Of a stretch of 64,000 nt of DNA, positions 50,905-63,659 are shown piece by piece. The DNA is taken from the NCBI GenBank assembly GCA_049999805.1, contig JBNGIO010006314.1, positions 348,453 to 412,452 of the forward strand, written 5' to 3'. Numbering within the stretch: position 1 is the stretch's first letter; each line of letters starts with the position of its first letter. Below the pieces are notes generated by a model that was not told the origin of the DNA, did no database searches, and worked only from the letters and a program-made list of their open reading frames with translations. Made by a program: the position numbers and the translations under genes. The stretch comes from Folioceros fuciformis (lineage: Eukaryota).

Positions 50905-51738
50905 AGGGGGTGGCTGTCTGTGACAATGGCAACGACACCGAGGGTTGTATCTGTGACCTGCGTACATGTTATACCTCCACTTTGACTGTGACCACCGTAA
51001 ATGTTGTACCTCTAATTGAGTTTATGACCTTTGTAAATAGTATATCTCTACAAATATTACGAGTTTGGATACAAGTTGGCTTTGGCTTTCACCGTATATG
51101 GTCCAAATTTTTGGACGTAACACATCCCTGTCATCCAGGTATCCCGATCGGGACACCTATATTGTGAGGTATCCCGATCGGGACACTTATATTGTGATAA
51201 TTTATCCCTCACATGTTTGGATCTGTCTCTCTCCACTCACTATCATTCACTTTCTTTTGTTGCAGTTAGGGCTTGTGGGTTCAGCATCCATGGTTTAGGA
51301 TCCATCCTCTAGATGCAAGGTTTACAGCAGACCTCAAAATTCACCGTGCTGTCAACTATGCATACATCTCTCTCGCCTTTATGCACAATTCACCGTGCTG
51401 TCAACTATGCATATGTCTCTCTCGCCTTCATGCACACCCCTAACCAGCCTCGATTTCATTTCTGAGTTTTCTCTACTCCAATCCAAAACCTGCTGAAGGG
51501 GACATCCCTTCTTGCTATATAAAGGAACCATGCTGCTAATGTAAGTGTGTTGGTCTAGACCTAAACCCCAAATCGTAAATGACCTCTCTCTCATGGTAGT
51601 GTCAATTGATGCATCTCTAAAACACTACCAAACCCTAAACCTTGCGAACCCCCAACATGTTTCATATGCGTAGTATATCTTGAAGCCATGATTTTATGAT
51701 GAGGATGCATGAATCCAAATAAAAAACATAGTACGTGT
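50830..51738 (+). repeat. Dispersed repeat, copy A (diverged direct copy at 54625-55636)
   Basis: Collinear shared blocks: gactctactacg.gtccaagggcagacatcttaccgtcacacggagc; cctgctgaaggggacatcccttcttgctatataaaggaaccatg; aacatagtacgtgt. Confidence 0.92.
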
Positions 51739-53033
51739 TATGTATACCAGAAAAAGAAAAACATTATATTATTTGTTATAAATATTACATGTTACTTGTT
51801 TTGTTTTAGGAAAATAAACACTCCCAAACACTACTATGGCACTGGAGAGAGGAGTCTGGCAGAAAACTTTTTCTAAAGAGTGAGTCTGTCTATGGCATAC
51901 CAAATCGAAGAGAGGGGCCTAGTAGAAAACTTTTTCTAAAAAGTAAGTCTGTCTATGCCATACCAAACCGAAGAGAGGGGGCCTGGTAGAAAACTTTTTC
52001 TAAAGAGTGAGTCTGTCTGGTTTGGGCTTGAGCACAAATGTTTATCTTAAGAAGAAAAAAATCCAAACCGGGCCATTCATATGTTCGGTTGAAATATTGT
52101 TTGGGGAATATCACNNNNNNNNNNNNNNNNNNNNNNNNNNNNNNNNNNNNNNNNNNNNNNNNNNNNNNNNNNNNNNNNNNNNNNNNNNNNNNNNNNNNNN
52201 NNNNNNNNNNNNNNCGATACAGCAGGCATCACACGTAGCGGCGATGCCTGATGTGACAAGCTCCTGCAGAAGAATGGTATAGTTTCCAGGACAAGTGTTG
52301 ATGTTGATCATGGTGCCATGAAGCGAGGCTCCTATGGGAGGGCATTTGTGCGTTGGGGGTTTGCAATTCCTTTAGCTAGTGATGATTGGTTCCAACTGAA
52401 TTTTCTGTTATGTGTGTGGAGTTAACCTTGTGACGTTTTGCACAGCAGTGCCAAGCTACAATGCTAGTGCCATCCCGCTGCACCCTAACCCCTAAACGAT
52501 CAAACCCTAACCCGTGGAAGCTCCATGGATGAATGTAAAATGACATTCATTGAATGTTTGAGAATTGTTTTTAAGAAAAAACTTTAGAGAGATTTGAGTG
52601 TCTAGTACTTTTAACAGTCTGTTTTGGGATGATGCCGAAAGCAGACATGCAAAACTAGCATCTTGGGGTATATTCCCTTACATACCCAATGTCAAAACAA
52701 AAAAATAGTACACCCTCTCCTCTATCCAGTTTAAGTATGCCAAACACTATAATCCAACTCTACTATTATAATATTCACAAGATAATATTCAAGTATTTGG
52801 AAGATTAATATGAACTTACTTGAACTTATATTTACTTTTAATTATATATTTAAAAATATAAAACTATATATATATTATGGTACATTAATATACTTAAATA
52901 CATTTTAAATTTTTATTCTCAAGACAAGGCGAATTCTCTAAGTATTAGGCTTCCCTAAATGTTACCCAATATCCTACTCCCAATAGGTGACATTTAGGGA
53001 GGGTAGACAGTCCTACCCTTGGACTGTCTAGCC

Positions 53034-53325
53034 TGCCTACCCTCAGTCCTGGACCAAGGAGGGATAGCGCCTTTTTGCCACCCTTGGTCACTAAATACAA
53101 TAAATATTAAGTAAATAATATATAAAGATAAAAATACAAATGTCTAGTATATTCCATCGTTAGTCGACTATACTATCTTAGTCCCTTAGACCGCCTCGCT
53201 TGCCTACCCTCGGTCCTGAACCAAGGAGGGACAGCACCCTTTTGCAACCCTTGGTCACTAAATATAATAAATATTAAGTGAATAATATAAAAATATAAAA
53301 ATACAAATACCTAGTATATTCTATC
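53034..53325. repeat. About 125-bp direct repeat pair (53034-53158 and 53201-53325) adjoining the hAT remnant
   Basis: tgcctaccctc.gtcctg.accaaggaggga.agc.cc.ttttgc.acccttggtcactaaata...ctagtatattc occurs twice. Confidence 0.9.
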
Positions 53326-54170
53326 TTCGGGGCTGGTCTTTCCAGGCTTTACAAGTACCATTCCGATCTATCGCCTTAACACACGAACCATTAATGGATA
53401 CACTCATCAATTCATCAAGGATTAGAATATTAAGATATGTTATTCATGACAAATCTTTTTTGAAAATCATGACAAATCTTTTTTGAAAAATCCCCCGCTC
53501 ACATATAGCATAGTAATATTACAAGGTATGACCGGACATAATTCCCAAAGACTTAACATAAAGGGGGTTCGTGCTTCTTACTCCTAAGTTGTTAAATATA
53601 TTTTGTAAGCTACTAACTTCAAGATGGACACAAATGTTAGCAGCTTAACACACCTCATCAACTACAAAAGGGTTGATAACATTAGTATTTGTACATGAAG
53701 AGTTAGTTCCAAACTTTTTCAACAATACTTCCAATAAACTATTAGTTAACTAGATACGCTCATGTGCATCTTAAGGATACAATTTGGGACTGAATAGATG
53801 ACAAACATGCAACACACAAAGATTAAGAACCTTATTATTCAATGCATCAACAATAGCTAAAGCATATTTGTTAGTACTAGCAATGCAAGAACTTAAATCG
53901 TAAGACCTAGCCCATGGATCCATGAGGTAAATGTCTTTTATTATGACCATACTAATTATAAGATGGATCTATGTGCTCACAATAATTATAAATCCTTCGA
54001 TATAAAACTAAATAATTTACTAGTTTTAAACCGAACGTTTTTTAACCTCAAGTCCCATGATTTTTCTAACACACATGGGGACTAGGACCAAGCTTGCCAA
54101 GGGATTAAAATGACACCATGAGTTGTGCAATTAGTTTTGGACTTTCAATTGGGTTAACTTATCATAGTTA
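53321..54170 (-). mobile_element. Degenerate hAT transposase C-terminal region
   Basis: Minus-strand translation gives IVDALNNK, LFSPKLYP, LEVLLKKFG, AICERGFF (dimerisation-domain CERxFS motif) and LDELMSVSING...AWKDQPRR*, interrupted by stops and a short internal duplication near 53446-53492. Confidence 0.75.
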
Positions 54171-54402
54171 AAACTATGGCTCAAGGTGCCGTTTGTCTTA
54201 CGAACGTCGCTATGAAGGAAATTGTGGCTGCAGTTTATTGTCAGCCAGTAGGACAGGCCAAGTCGGCGGCGCATGAAATGGGCCGGGTCCAAAGTTGGTA
54301 ATCTTCATTAATAAATTAATATTATTTTATAAACTATATAATTTCCTTGTCCATTGGCCAGACACTCATTTGTTGTTTCACTTTTTACAGGGTGTGATGT
54401 GT

Positions 54403-56251
54403 GTCTCTCTTTGCCCTTTGTGTGATGTGTCTCTATCTTCTATATTTGGGAGAGGAGTTTTGGAGTTTTTGTATATATTTAAATATTAATGGATCGATTA
54501 TTAATATATATATACATATATATTCACTACATTGTTACGGTCTTGGGATCATCCTTCATTTGGACTTGTCGTCAAACTTCTATTTTCATTTAGTTTTCTT
54601 ATTTGCCATGAGTGAGTTTGCCACGACTCTACTACGTGTCCAAGGGCAGACATCTTACCGTCACACGGAGCTATCGTGCAACTACCTTAAAACTTTTGAA
54701 GGGAGTGTCAGTCTGTTGACAATGGCAACGACACCAAGGGTTGTATGTCAGTGTGAACCGAGTCTGTGATCTGACCTGCGTAGATGTTATACCTCTACTT
54801 TGATTGTGACCTCCGTATATGTTATATCTCGACAAATGTTACGAGTTTGGATACTCCCCAAACATGGAACACTGATATGGTCATGCTGGCTTTCACCGTG
54901 TACGGTCCAAACTTTTGGACGTAACATATGCCCCCTTCGGCCATAGGGTGCCATCTAGGTGTCCACATTGGGATACCTTCAGTGTGATAATATTTTATCC
55001 CTCGCACGTTCGGATATGTCTTTCTTTCACTTTCTTTTTTTGTGAGGGTTAGGGCTTGTGGGTTCAGCATCTATCCTCTAGATGCAAGGTTTAGAGCATA
55101 CCTCAGCTTCACATTTAGAGGATACCTCAGCGTTCACCATGCTGTCATTTGTGCCACACATCTCTCTCGTCTCCATGCACACCCCTAACCAGCCTCAATT
55201 TCATTTCTAAGTTTTCGTCACTCCAATCTAGAACCTGCTGAAGGGGACATCCCTTCTTGCTATATAAAGGAACCATGTTGCTAATGTAAGTGTGTCGGTG
55301 TGCACGTCATGGACTAGACCTCAACCCAAAACCGTAAATGACCCTTCACAGCGGCGGCGTCAATCGGTGCATCTCTGAAACACTACCAACCCTTCACAAC
55401 CAACCCTTCATAGTGGCGGCGTCAATCGGCGCATCTCTGAAACACTACCAACCCTTCACAACCAACCCTTCACAGCGGCGGTGCCAATCGGTGCATCTCT
55501 AAAACACTAACAAACCCTAACCCCTGCGAATCTCCGACATGTTTCATATGTGTGTAGTGTATCTTAAAACACTATGTGGCATCTTGATGTTTTACGATGA
55601 CGATGCATGAACCCAAATAACAAACATAGTACGTGTCCGTATTGATGCACATGCCCGTTATGAGAGAAAAGTCACTCTACTCCGTATTGATGCACATGCC
55701 CGTTATGAGAGAACAGTCACTCTACTGTATACAGGTAGGTCCCGTGATGTGTCTGTGTTCAATATGGGAATTCGTAATACATTCTACTATATATTCCTAT
55801 ACAAAATACGTATACCAGAAAAAAAAATGTTCACTACGGAAATATGTAATACATTCCATTGTATATTCCTATACAAAATACATATGCCAGAAAAACAAAT
55901 TGGTGTGTCTAGGGTGTGTCCTAATCGGTATTCCATACCCAAAATCAGAAGTAAGGTTAAATAAACCCTAAACCCTAAACCCTTTTTCTATAATATTATA
56001 TGTTTCACCACTATGGCATATCAATATTGTTTGAAGAATATCACTGGACATGGGAGTCTCTCTTTGCCCTTTGTGTGATGTGTCTCTATCTTCTATATTT
56101 GGGAGAAGAGGTTTGGAGTTTTTGTATATTTTTATATATTAATGGATCAATTATTATATATATTTTTAACTATATTATTATGGTCTTGGGATCTTCATTC
56201 ACTTGTCGTCAAACTTCTATTTTCATTTAGTTTTCTTATTTGTCATGAGTG
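54403..56251 (+). repeat. Repeat copy B (54625-55636) flanked by about 200-bp direct repeats (54403-54614 and 56056-56251)
   Basis: gtctctctttgccctttgtgtgatgtgtctctatcttctatatttgggaga...ttttcttatttg.catgagtg is present at both ends. Telomere-like aaaccctaaaccctaaaccct near 55964. Confidence 0.85.
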
Positions 56252-56822
56252 GAGTTTTGGAAGAGTTATCATCTAAGAAGAAGATGAACAGAGATTCCTC
56301 AACAAATCACGTTATAGAGAGGAGAGATATTCATAAAAGTTTCTTTGACAAATCATACTATGGAGAGATATTTGTGGAAGTTTCCTTTGATTAATCATGA
56401 TATGGAGAGATATTTGTGGAAGTTTCCTCGACAAACCACATTATGGAGAGAGATTCCTGACAAATCACTTTATGTAGAGATATTCACACACAAGCACGAG
56501 AGTTCCCAGTTAAGGTCCAAATGCACACAAGAGCTCCCAGTTAAGGTCCAAATGCACACAAGTTGATGAACCGTTAGAAAGTTGATGTACCGGGTAACTG
56601 TGGTTGGAAGGGTCAGATCAGGGGCGCAGTAACTTTTGAGACAATATGTACCGGTCAGAGTAACAGAAAATTTCATGACTTAAGGAGGGGAAAAAGGGAA
56701 GGTTTCCTTCTACACTGAATTGGACCACCGAGGACATCTCCGACGGGTTCACCCATGCAAGGGAGCACCAACGCTACCCACACTACTTTGACTCCCTGTA
56801 CATACTACAGAAGCATAGTTGC

Positions 56823-59677
56823 TCAGAAACGCTCGCCTTCAGCTCTGCCATGGCTCTCTCGGACATCCAGCTCTACATGTGCCTGTGCCTGCGGCCCTGC
56901 TGCTGCTCTCTGCAACATTTCCACGACAGTTTCCATGTCGGGTCGTTGCAGTGGAGATGGATCGGTGCAACGTAGGGCCACTTTGAGCACCGTCAGCATT
57001 TGCTGTCTAACTGGGAATGACTCTGTGCTTACTGATGGATCCAGAATCTGCTCTGGAGTCTCTTCCCGCGCTGGAGCACCTCTGACCCAGCCCACAAGGT
57101 CCATACCATTTCCAAAGCAGTCGTCCGTGGGGTATTGGCCTGTCAGTATCTCAAGAAGGACTACTCCGTAGCTGTAAACATTGCTTTTCTTTGTCACCTG
57201 CATGGTATAGGCATACTCTGCAAGACAAAAGGCACAGATGACAAGCTCAGCTGTGTCAGTCGTAGCTCCTCGATGACTTAGAAGGAAAACGCAGGTACTA
57301 TGGTAATACACAAAGGACATCAGTGCCCATCACAAGGGACTCTTGGTTCAGGACGACGACAGCAAGCAAACGTTTGCTTTTAAGAAAGACCTCATGGAAT
57401 AGAGTATGCATTTTTACCTGGGGCAATGTAGCCTATAGAGCCAGCAACTGTGGTGATGCTCTTCACATGAGCCTTGGAAGGCTCTATCACTTCCACAAGT
57501 TCGCAGTCGCCAATAACAGCATCAAACGAAGAATTCAAGAAAATATTGCCGGAGGTTATGTCAAGATGAATCACTTGGTTCCGGGACCCATCGTGCACGT
57601 GTGCAAGTCCTTGAGCAACACCCACTGCAATGTTGTACCTCGTAGCCCATGTCATCTTGTCATACTTTGAAGACAACCTGTGCCTCAGAACCCCATTGGG
57701 CACATTCGCATGCATGATGTAAAGGGCATCCTCGTGCAAGATGTATCCCATAGGAGTCATGATGTTCTTATGGCCCAAGAACTCCCTTTGCAAAACTTTC
57801 TCCAGCTCTAGATTGCTCCTCCTGTAGTGCTCCACAATTGGTTTGTCCACCTTCACTTTCTTGACGGTAAGGTCTGGGAAGGGACCTTCTCGATTTGCAG
57901 CCCTGTAAAGAGTAGTGAATCGGTTCACGCTAATCAGCTGTGTTTTCACAAGAGAACTCTGGATCAACTCCTCAAAGTTCACGCCATCTCTATCATAGGC
58001 ATTGGTGAAGAAGCTCCCTGTAACTGGCACCACAGAGTCAGCAACTGAACTCCGCCAACTTCGGAGCGCACTTCTCCGTCGGTACAGCCAAACACATAAC
58101 AGAGCCGTGGCAACAACAAGAACAAGTCCTGTAATTCCATAGGCACGGTAATGGCCTAAAAAATGCCTACCTCCTTTGCTATCAGTCTTGTTAACATAGT
58201 TACAAGAGACAACCTCAGGATAATTCAGTGAATCTGGGGTACACAGATTCGGATTGTTAGAAAAGTTGCTTGCACGCAGAAGCCTCTGCGAAAACATGGG
58301 CAGCGGCCCACTAAGGTGGTTGTTGGAAACGTCAAGTTCAATCAGACTGAGCATACTGGTCAAAGCTGGAGGAATTGGACCCGATAGCTCATTATGAGCC
58401 ATGCTGAGGTTTATCAACTTGGTTAGCTGTCCCAAAGAGGCTGGAATTAATCCAGTCAGGTTGTTGAACTTAAGACTAAGCGTAATCTGAAGATTAAACA
58501 ATTTCCCAATGTCGTCGGGAATGCTTCCATTCAGGAAGTTGTTGTCGAAATTCGCTCCAAGTAGGCTGGAAAGGCTCCCGATAGCTTGTGGTATCTCCCC
58601 TGAAAGCTGGTTGTTATTCAGGTTCAAGATAGTCAATCTGGTCATAGCACTCACACTCGTTGGAATGCTACCAGTCAGTTGATTGTAGCTAAGATCAAGA
58701 ACGAGCAGCTGGCTATAACCACCAAAAAGGGAGAACGGAATGGAACCACTCAGCTCATTGCCCGATAGATTCAATTTCCCCAAATTCCCGAGGCTCTCCA
58801 ACTCTTCAGGAATAGAGCTGTTGAACTGGTTGCCTCCTAAGGCAAGCGTGGACAAATTGGTGCACTTGGCCAGCTCCTTCGGAATAGGTCCTTCAAAATC
58901 ATTCTCCCCGACGTCCAGATAGTCCAAAGCGATCAAATTACCCAACTCAGTAGGCAGGCTGCCATTGAACTGATTGTAACTCAAGTCCAACCTTTTAAGC
59001 TGGTTGCAAAAGGATATGTTGCCAGGGAGCAAGCCGGTTAACTGATTGTGAGACAGATCGATCCACAAGGTGCTGGTTTTACAGACATTGTCCCAAAAAC
59101 CGCCTTCGAAAAAGTTGAAGTTGAGCTTCAGCGACGTGAGATTCGGGATATTCCCAATCCACGCAGGTATAGGTCCCGTGAACAGGTTCTCTGACAGATC
59201 CACAACCGTGAGCCTCTGAAGCTTGCCCAGATCCTCCGGAACAGACCCGTTGAACCTGTTCTGCGAGAGCAAGAGCGAAGACAAGTTCGTCGCATCGCTG
59301 AGACCCACAGGAATGCTCCCAAAGAAGGCATTGCTGGACACGTCGAGGGTGTCCAAGCCCTGCAACAGTCCCAACGAGTCAAGGAGCTGTCCGCTCAGTC
59401 CCAGCGAGCTCAGTTCAAGCTTTGTTACACGCGCATTGACGCACGTAACCCCCTGCCACAAGCAAGGGTCTGAAGACTCGTTCCAGCTGTCCAGCACAGC
59501 GGTGCCATTAGCCACGGAGCCATTGGGCTTGAGCTGGTTCTTGAAGTCGATGAGCACCGTTACTTCCGCACTGAGGTCTGCCCAGACCTCTACTCCATAG
59601 AACAAGCAGAAAAGCACAGACAGCGGGACGACGCAGCTCCAGGAGCGAGTGCTCCAAACGCCTGCGCTCGACACCAT
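56823..59677 (-). CDS. LRR receptor-like kinase, PXC3-like atypical kinase. Exons 59677-57418 and 57217-56823
   Basis: Signal peptide, LRRNT, LRR array, NNPNLC cap, TM segment, kinase with VIHLDITSGNI, GDCEL and AGSIGYIAP|EYAYTMQVTKKSNVYSYGVVLLEILTG. Confidence 0.94.
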
Positions 59678-60562
59678 GGCTACGTTTCCGCCCACGCGTC
59701 ACCACGTCAATTACACCAACCGAGCCAGCTCGCCTGATACCACTGTCACTCCCACTCCCACGCCCTCCCTAGCTCCCTCAAGCCCCACACGGTCTCCCTT
59801 TGCCCATCCCAGGCTCCGTCCTTCCTTCCTGTGCCTCTTGTGCGGTTACCTTCCTTCCAGCTCGGGATAACGCGGCAGACAGCCGATAGAAAGAGGGCAG
59901 ACGGCGAAGGTCGGCTTCGTCGATCCCCCCCTCTTCCAAGGGGGCACGCAGCCACGACCGGAGCTTTCCCGACGTCAGCGTCCGGGCATCTTGCTCACTC
60001 TTCACACACCACTGGTGAGCGCGGTGTCCGTGGCTCCAGGAAAGCAGAATAATGGAGACGGGAGGATGAGCAGAGTCCTTGACAGGGGCAGCGGCGAGCG
60101 CAAGGGCAAGCGCAGGCGCAGGCCGCCATCGCCATCCCCATCATATCCTTCGCACGAGCGACCAGCAGCGGCAGCAGAGGGAATGCAGGCCATACCATGC
60201 CATGCCAGACCAGGCCCAGGCCCAGCAAGCGCTGCGCCAACGGGCCTGCTACTACTTTTACATGATGTACAGCGCCCTGACGTGCCTGCCCGTCCGGGAC
60301 CCATGCCCCAGGCCGGGCCCGGGTCACGGCCCGGGGGCACCAAGTGCACCCCGCCCAGGTCCGCTGGCCACGGCCCCTCGGAGGCCGCGCCAGGCGGTCA
60401 CTCGGTTTCCAGGGCTCAACTTCCACCACGGCAAACGATACAAAATGCACCCATTCAACTATCTCGTCTGCCCAGTCGGGGCCGACCCTCCCGGTCTCCC
60501 ACATTCTTGTCCTGCAAAGACCTGTGTTGACGGCCCGTAGGCCGTGACACACACACTATTTG

Positions 60563-63500
60563 TCACGACCCGACAGCACCGACAACGCCGGCGCTCACCT
60601 CCCGCACCATGGCCAGGACCTGCTCGATCTGAGGGTGCCGCTTCTCTCCCGCCGCGAACATGTGCACCCCATTCTCGACCTCAATCCAGCTCTGGCCCGG
60701 TCGCTTCCACGCGCCTGCATTCTGCCGCATCGTTTCCACCCACGCAGCCTGATCCGGCATCTGCTGCTGGGCATAAACGCCTGCCATGAGGAGGTACGCG
60801 GCCGCGTGCTGCGGCTCTGCCATCACGGCTGCTCGGAACGCCATCTCCCCGACCCGAACGTTCCCGTGGTTCCGACAAGCCACCAGCACGGAGAGCCAGA
60901 GGGCGAGGTCCGGCTGCACGTTGACGGGGAGCCCGGCCAGGAGGGCCATCGCCGTGTCCAGCCGGCCCGCGCGGCCGAGGAGGTCGACCAGGCTGGTGAA
61001 GTGCTGCAAGGACGGCGAGATGCCGTATTCGCTTCTCATGTCTTCCAGGAATCCTAACCCTGCGTCCACCATGCCGGCATGGCTGCATGCAGACAGGAGG
61101 TGGAGGAAGGTGACGCCGTTCGGCTTCGCTCCGCTGCCTTCCATCTTGCGAAATTGCTCTTGTGCTTTCACCCCGTCTCCCTGCCTCGCGTAGCCGGCGA
61201 TGAGAACGTTCCATGCCGCGATGTCGGGGTCCGGGAAGGTGTCGAATACGCGTTGAGCTTCCTCCATGCAGCTGCACTTCCCGTATGCGTGAATAAGAGA
61301 AGTTGCCACGCTCGTATTCCTCTCCACCCCGCTCTCCACCATATCCAGATGTAGCTGCCTGCACATGGCCAGGGCTCCAGTATTTCCGCACACTTTGAGC
61401 AGGGAGATGAAGGTTGCCTCGTTACCGCGCACTCTCGCCTCTTGCATTTCAGCATACAGGTGCAGAGCGGCCGCGCCGGCTTCAGCGTCGTCATGATGAG
61501 CGTAGCCTGCGATCATGCTATTCCAGGTCACCACATCCGCCCTCTCCACACTGTCAAACAGCCTTCTGGCGGCTTCCAAATCTCCGCATTTCGCATACAT
61601 GTCCACCAAGGCGGTGGACAGATACACATCCACTTCGTAGCCGCTCTTCTCTATTTCGTCGTGGATGCTCTTACCCCTCCGCAACGACTCCACTCTCAGC
61701 ACCTGTTGCCTACCCTTGTCAGTGAAACTCACAGTTTCTTTTTCCTTGCTTGCAAGGAGGCTACATGCTTTCAGAGCGCTCACATACGTCCAATTGTTAG
61801 GGCTCGTGCCTTCCTCAAGCATTTCCGAGTACAGTTGTAGGGCAGCTTCTCCCAGCTCATCCTGGACATAGCCAGCGATCATGGCAGTCCACGTCACAAC
61901 ATCCCGTTTCGACAGTGAATCGAACACGCGCCTCGCCTTCGCCACATCCCCACACTTCGCATACATGTGAACCAGGGCATTGGCCACAAGCACATGGGAT
62001 TCTAGACCAAGTTTGATGAGGTCCGCGTGGATCTCCTCCCCTACTTGTAACGACTGCCGCTTGCCTTCCTCAGAACCGGCCATGGAGCAGCATGCTTTGA
62101 GCAAGCTGCCAAAGGTCCAGCTATCTGGCCGTACACCCTCCCCCTTCATCCGACTGTAGAGTTGAACAGCCATGGCTCCCTCGTCTTGCGTGGCATATCC
62201 TGCCACCAGAGCGTTCCATGACACAACGTCTCGCTTCACCAGTCGGTCGAACACCTTTCTTGCATTCACCATGTCCCCACATTTAGAATAGGCGTCAACC
62301 AAACTGTTCCCAACAAAGATGTCGGATTCACAGTCCCTTCTTGCAACCTCTGCGTGAATATCCAGCACTACTTGCCAAGTCTTTGCTTTCATCTGCTGCC
62401 CATCCACCAAACTCTCTTTCTCCGCAGCTGACAGGCTACCACAGGCTTTGAGCACGCTGGGGAATGTGCGGTGGCTTGGCGTGAGACCACTTTGGAGCAT
62501 CTGAGAATATAATTGCAAAGCCTGCTCCCCTGAACCTTGGTGAGCGTACCCTCCGATCATCGCATTCCATGATACCACGTCCCGTTGAGGGAGTCTAGCA
62601 AATATGAGCTGAGCGTCCACCATACTTCCACACTTTGCATACATGTCCACCAAGCTTGTGCCCACGAATAAGTCCGTCTCCCAGCTCCATTGGACAGCCT
62701 TAGCATGTGCCTGCTTGCCTTCTTCCAGATCTGCTGTGCTTCCACAGGCTTTAAGTACGCTGACCAAAGTCAACCTATCAGGCTGTTTGCCTTCCTGTTG
62801 CATTCGACTGTACACTTTCAGGGCTTCTTGGGCCTGCCCGTTCATCGTGTACCCCGAGATTACCGCTGTCCATGAGGTCACTGTGCGCTCGGAGAGTTGG
62901 TTGAACAGCTCCACTGCATTCACAAGATCCCCGCACTTGACATACATGTTGACCATGGAGTTCCCCAAGCAGCTGTTCGATTTGAATGAACTTCTACGGA
63001 TGAGGGCATGCACTTGTCTTGCCTCTCTCAGAAGCTTCATGTTAGTGCAAGCCTGCAACAGACAGCCGAAAGTCTCCGCAGATGCAGCAATGCCCCCCTG
63101 CTCCATCATGTTAACGACATTCAAAGCCTCCTTAACTCGTCCCCGCTGACACAGAGCTTTCACATCATGGGCGGGGTAAGGACAGTCCACACATGTTTCT
63201 GGGGACCTGAACAAAAGCAGAACTGAAGGGTTACTAGAACACCAATGTGCAACAGCAGATACTGAACCCACTCTTTTCCAGTTCTAATTCATCGCACCTG
63301 CTGCTCCCCATCATTTCCCTTTTGTCCTTCCTCGGCAGCGGCAGCTCTTGCCCTTGTCTACTCATAGCCACTCGACCTCCGGACAAGCCCTCCATAACTT
63401 GGTGTCGCATGGACGAAGATGGTGGTGGCCAGAGTTGACAGGCAGAAGCTGCCTGCCAGCTCGGCTTCGATTTCAACCGAATCTTCTGCAAACACCACCA

Positions 63501-63659
63501 CGGATCAACTGATCAACGTTACCACAAACGTGTAAGACACGAGGAGCACAGGATGCGCAAGCACTTTACCTTCCTTGCCCTGTTCCTCCTCCATTCGGAA
63601 GGGATTGCAGAACAACCCAAGGAGGCTCTCCCAAATTGCCTTCGCTTAGATTCCATCAT
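60563..63659 (-). CDS. PLS-class PPR protein, E+ type (PG box, no complete DYW). Main exon 63206-60563; probable 5' exons 63659-63570 and 63485-63298
   Basis: Intact PLS array, E1/E2 motifs and AWKRPGQSWIEVENGVHMF followed by an early stop. Two upstream GT-AG introns are phase-compatible, but the 5' model is less certain. Confidence 0.9.

Noticed and set aside
53057-53071. 15-nt exact match (aggagggatagcgcc) to the 3' part of miR390
   Set aside because: The miRNA 5' bases are not matched, no precursor hairpin is evident, and the second copy of the same repeat has lost the match. Likely coincidental rather than a MIR390 or TAS3 site.
54403-56251. Possible LTR retrotransposon or TRIM bounded by ~200-bp direct repeats
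   Set aside because: No clear TG...CA termini, PBS, PPT or TSD was seen; kept only as an unclassified repeat.
59990-60550. GC-rich overlapping ORFs and GGCCC/GGCAC-rich motifs between the PPR and RLK genes
   Set aside because: Low-complexity UTR/promoter-like sequence; no domain, TIR or TSD could be supported.
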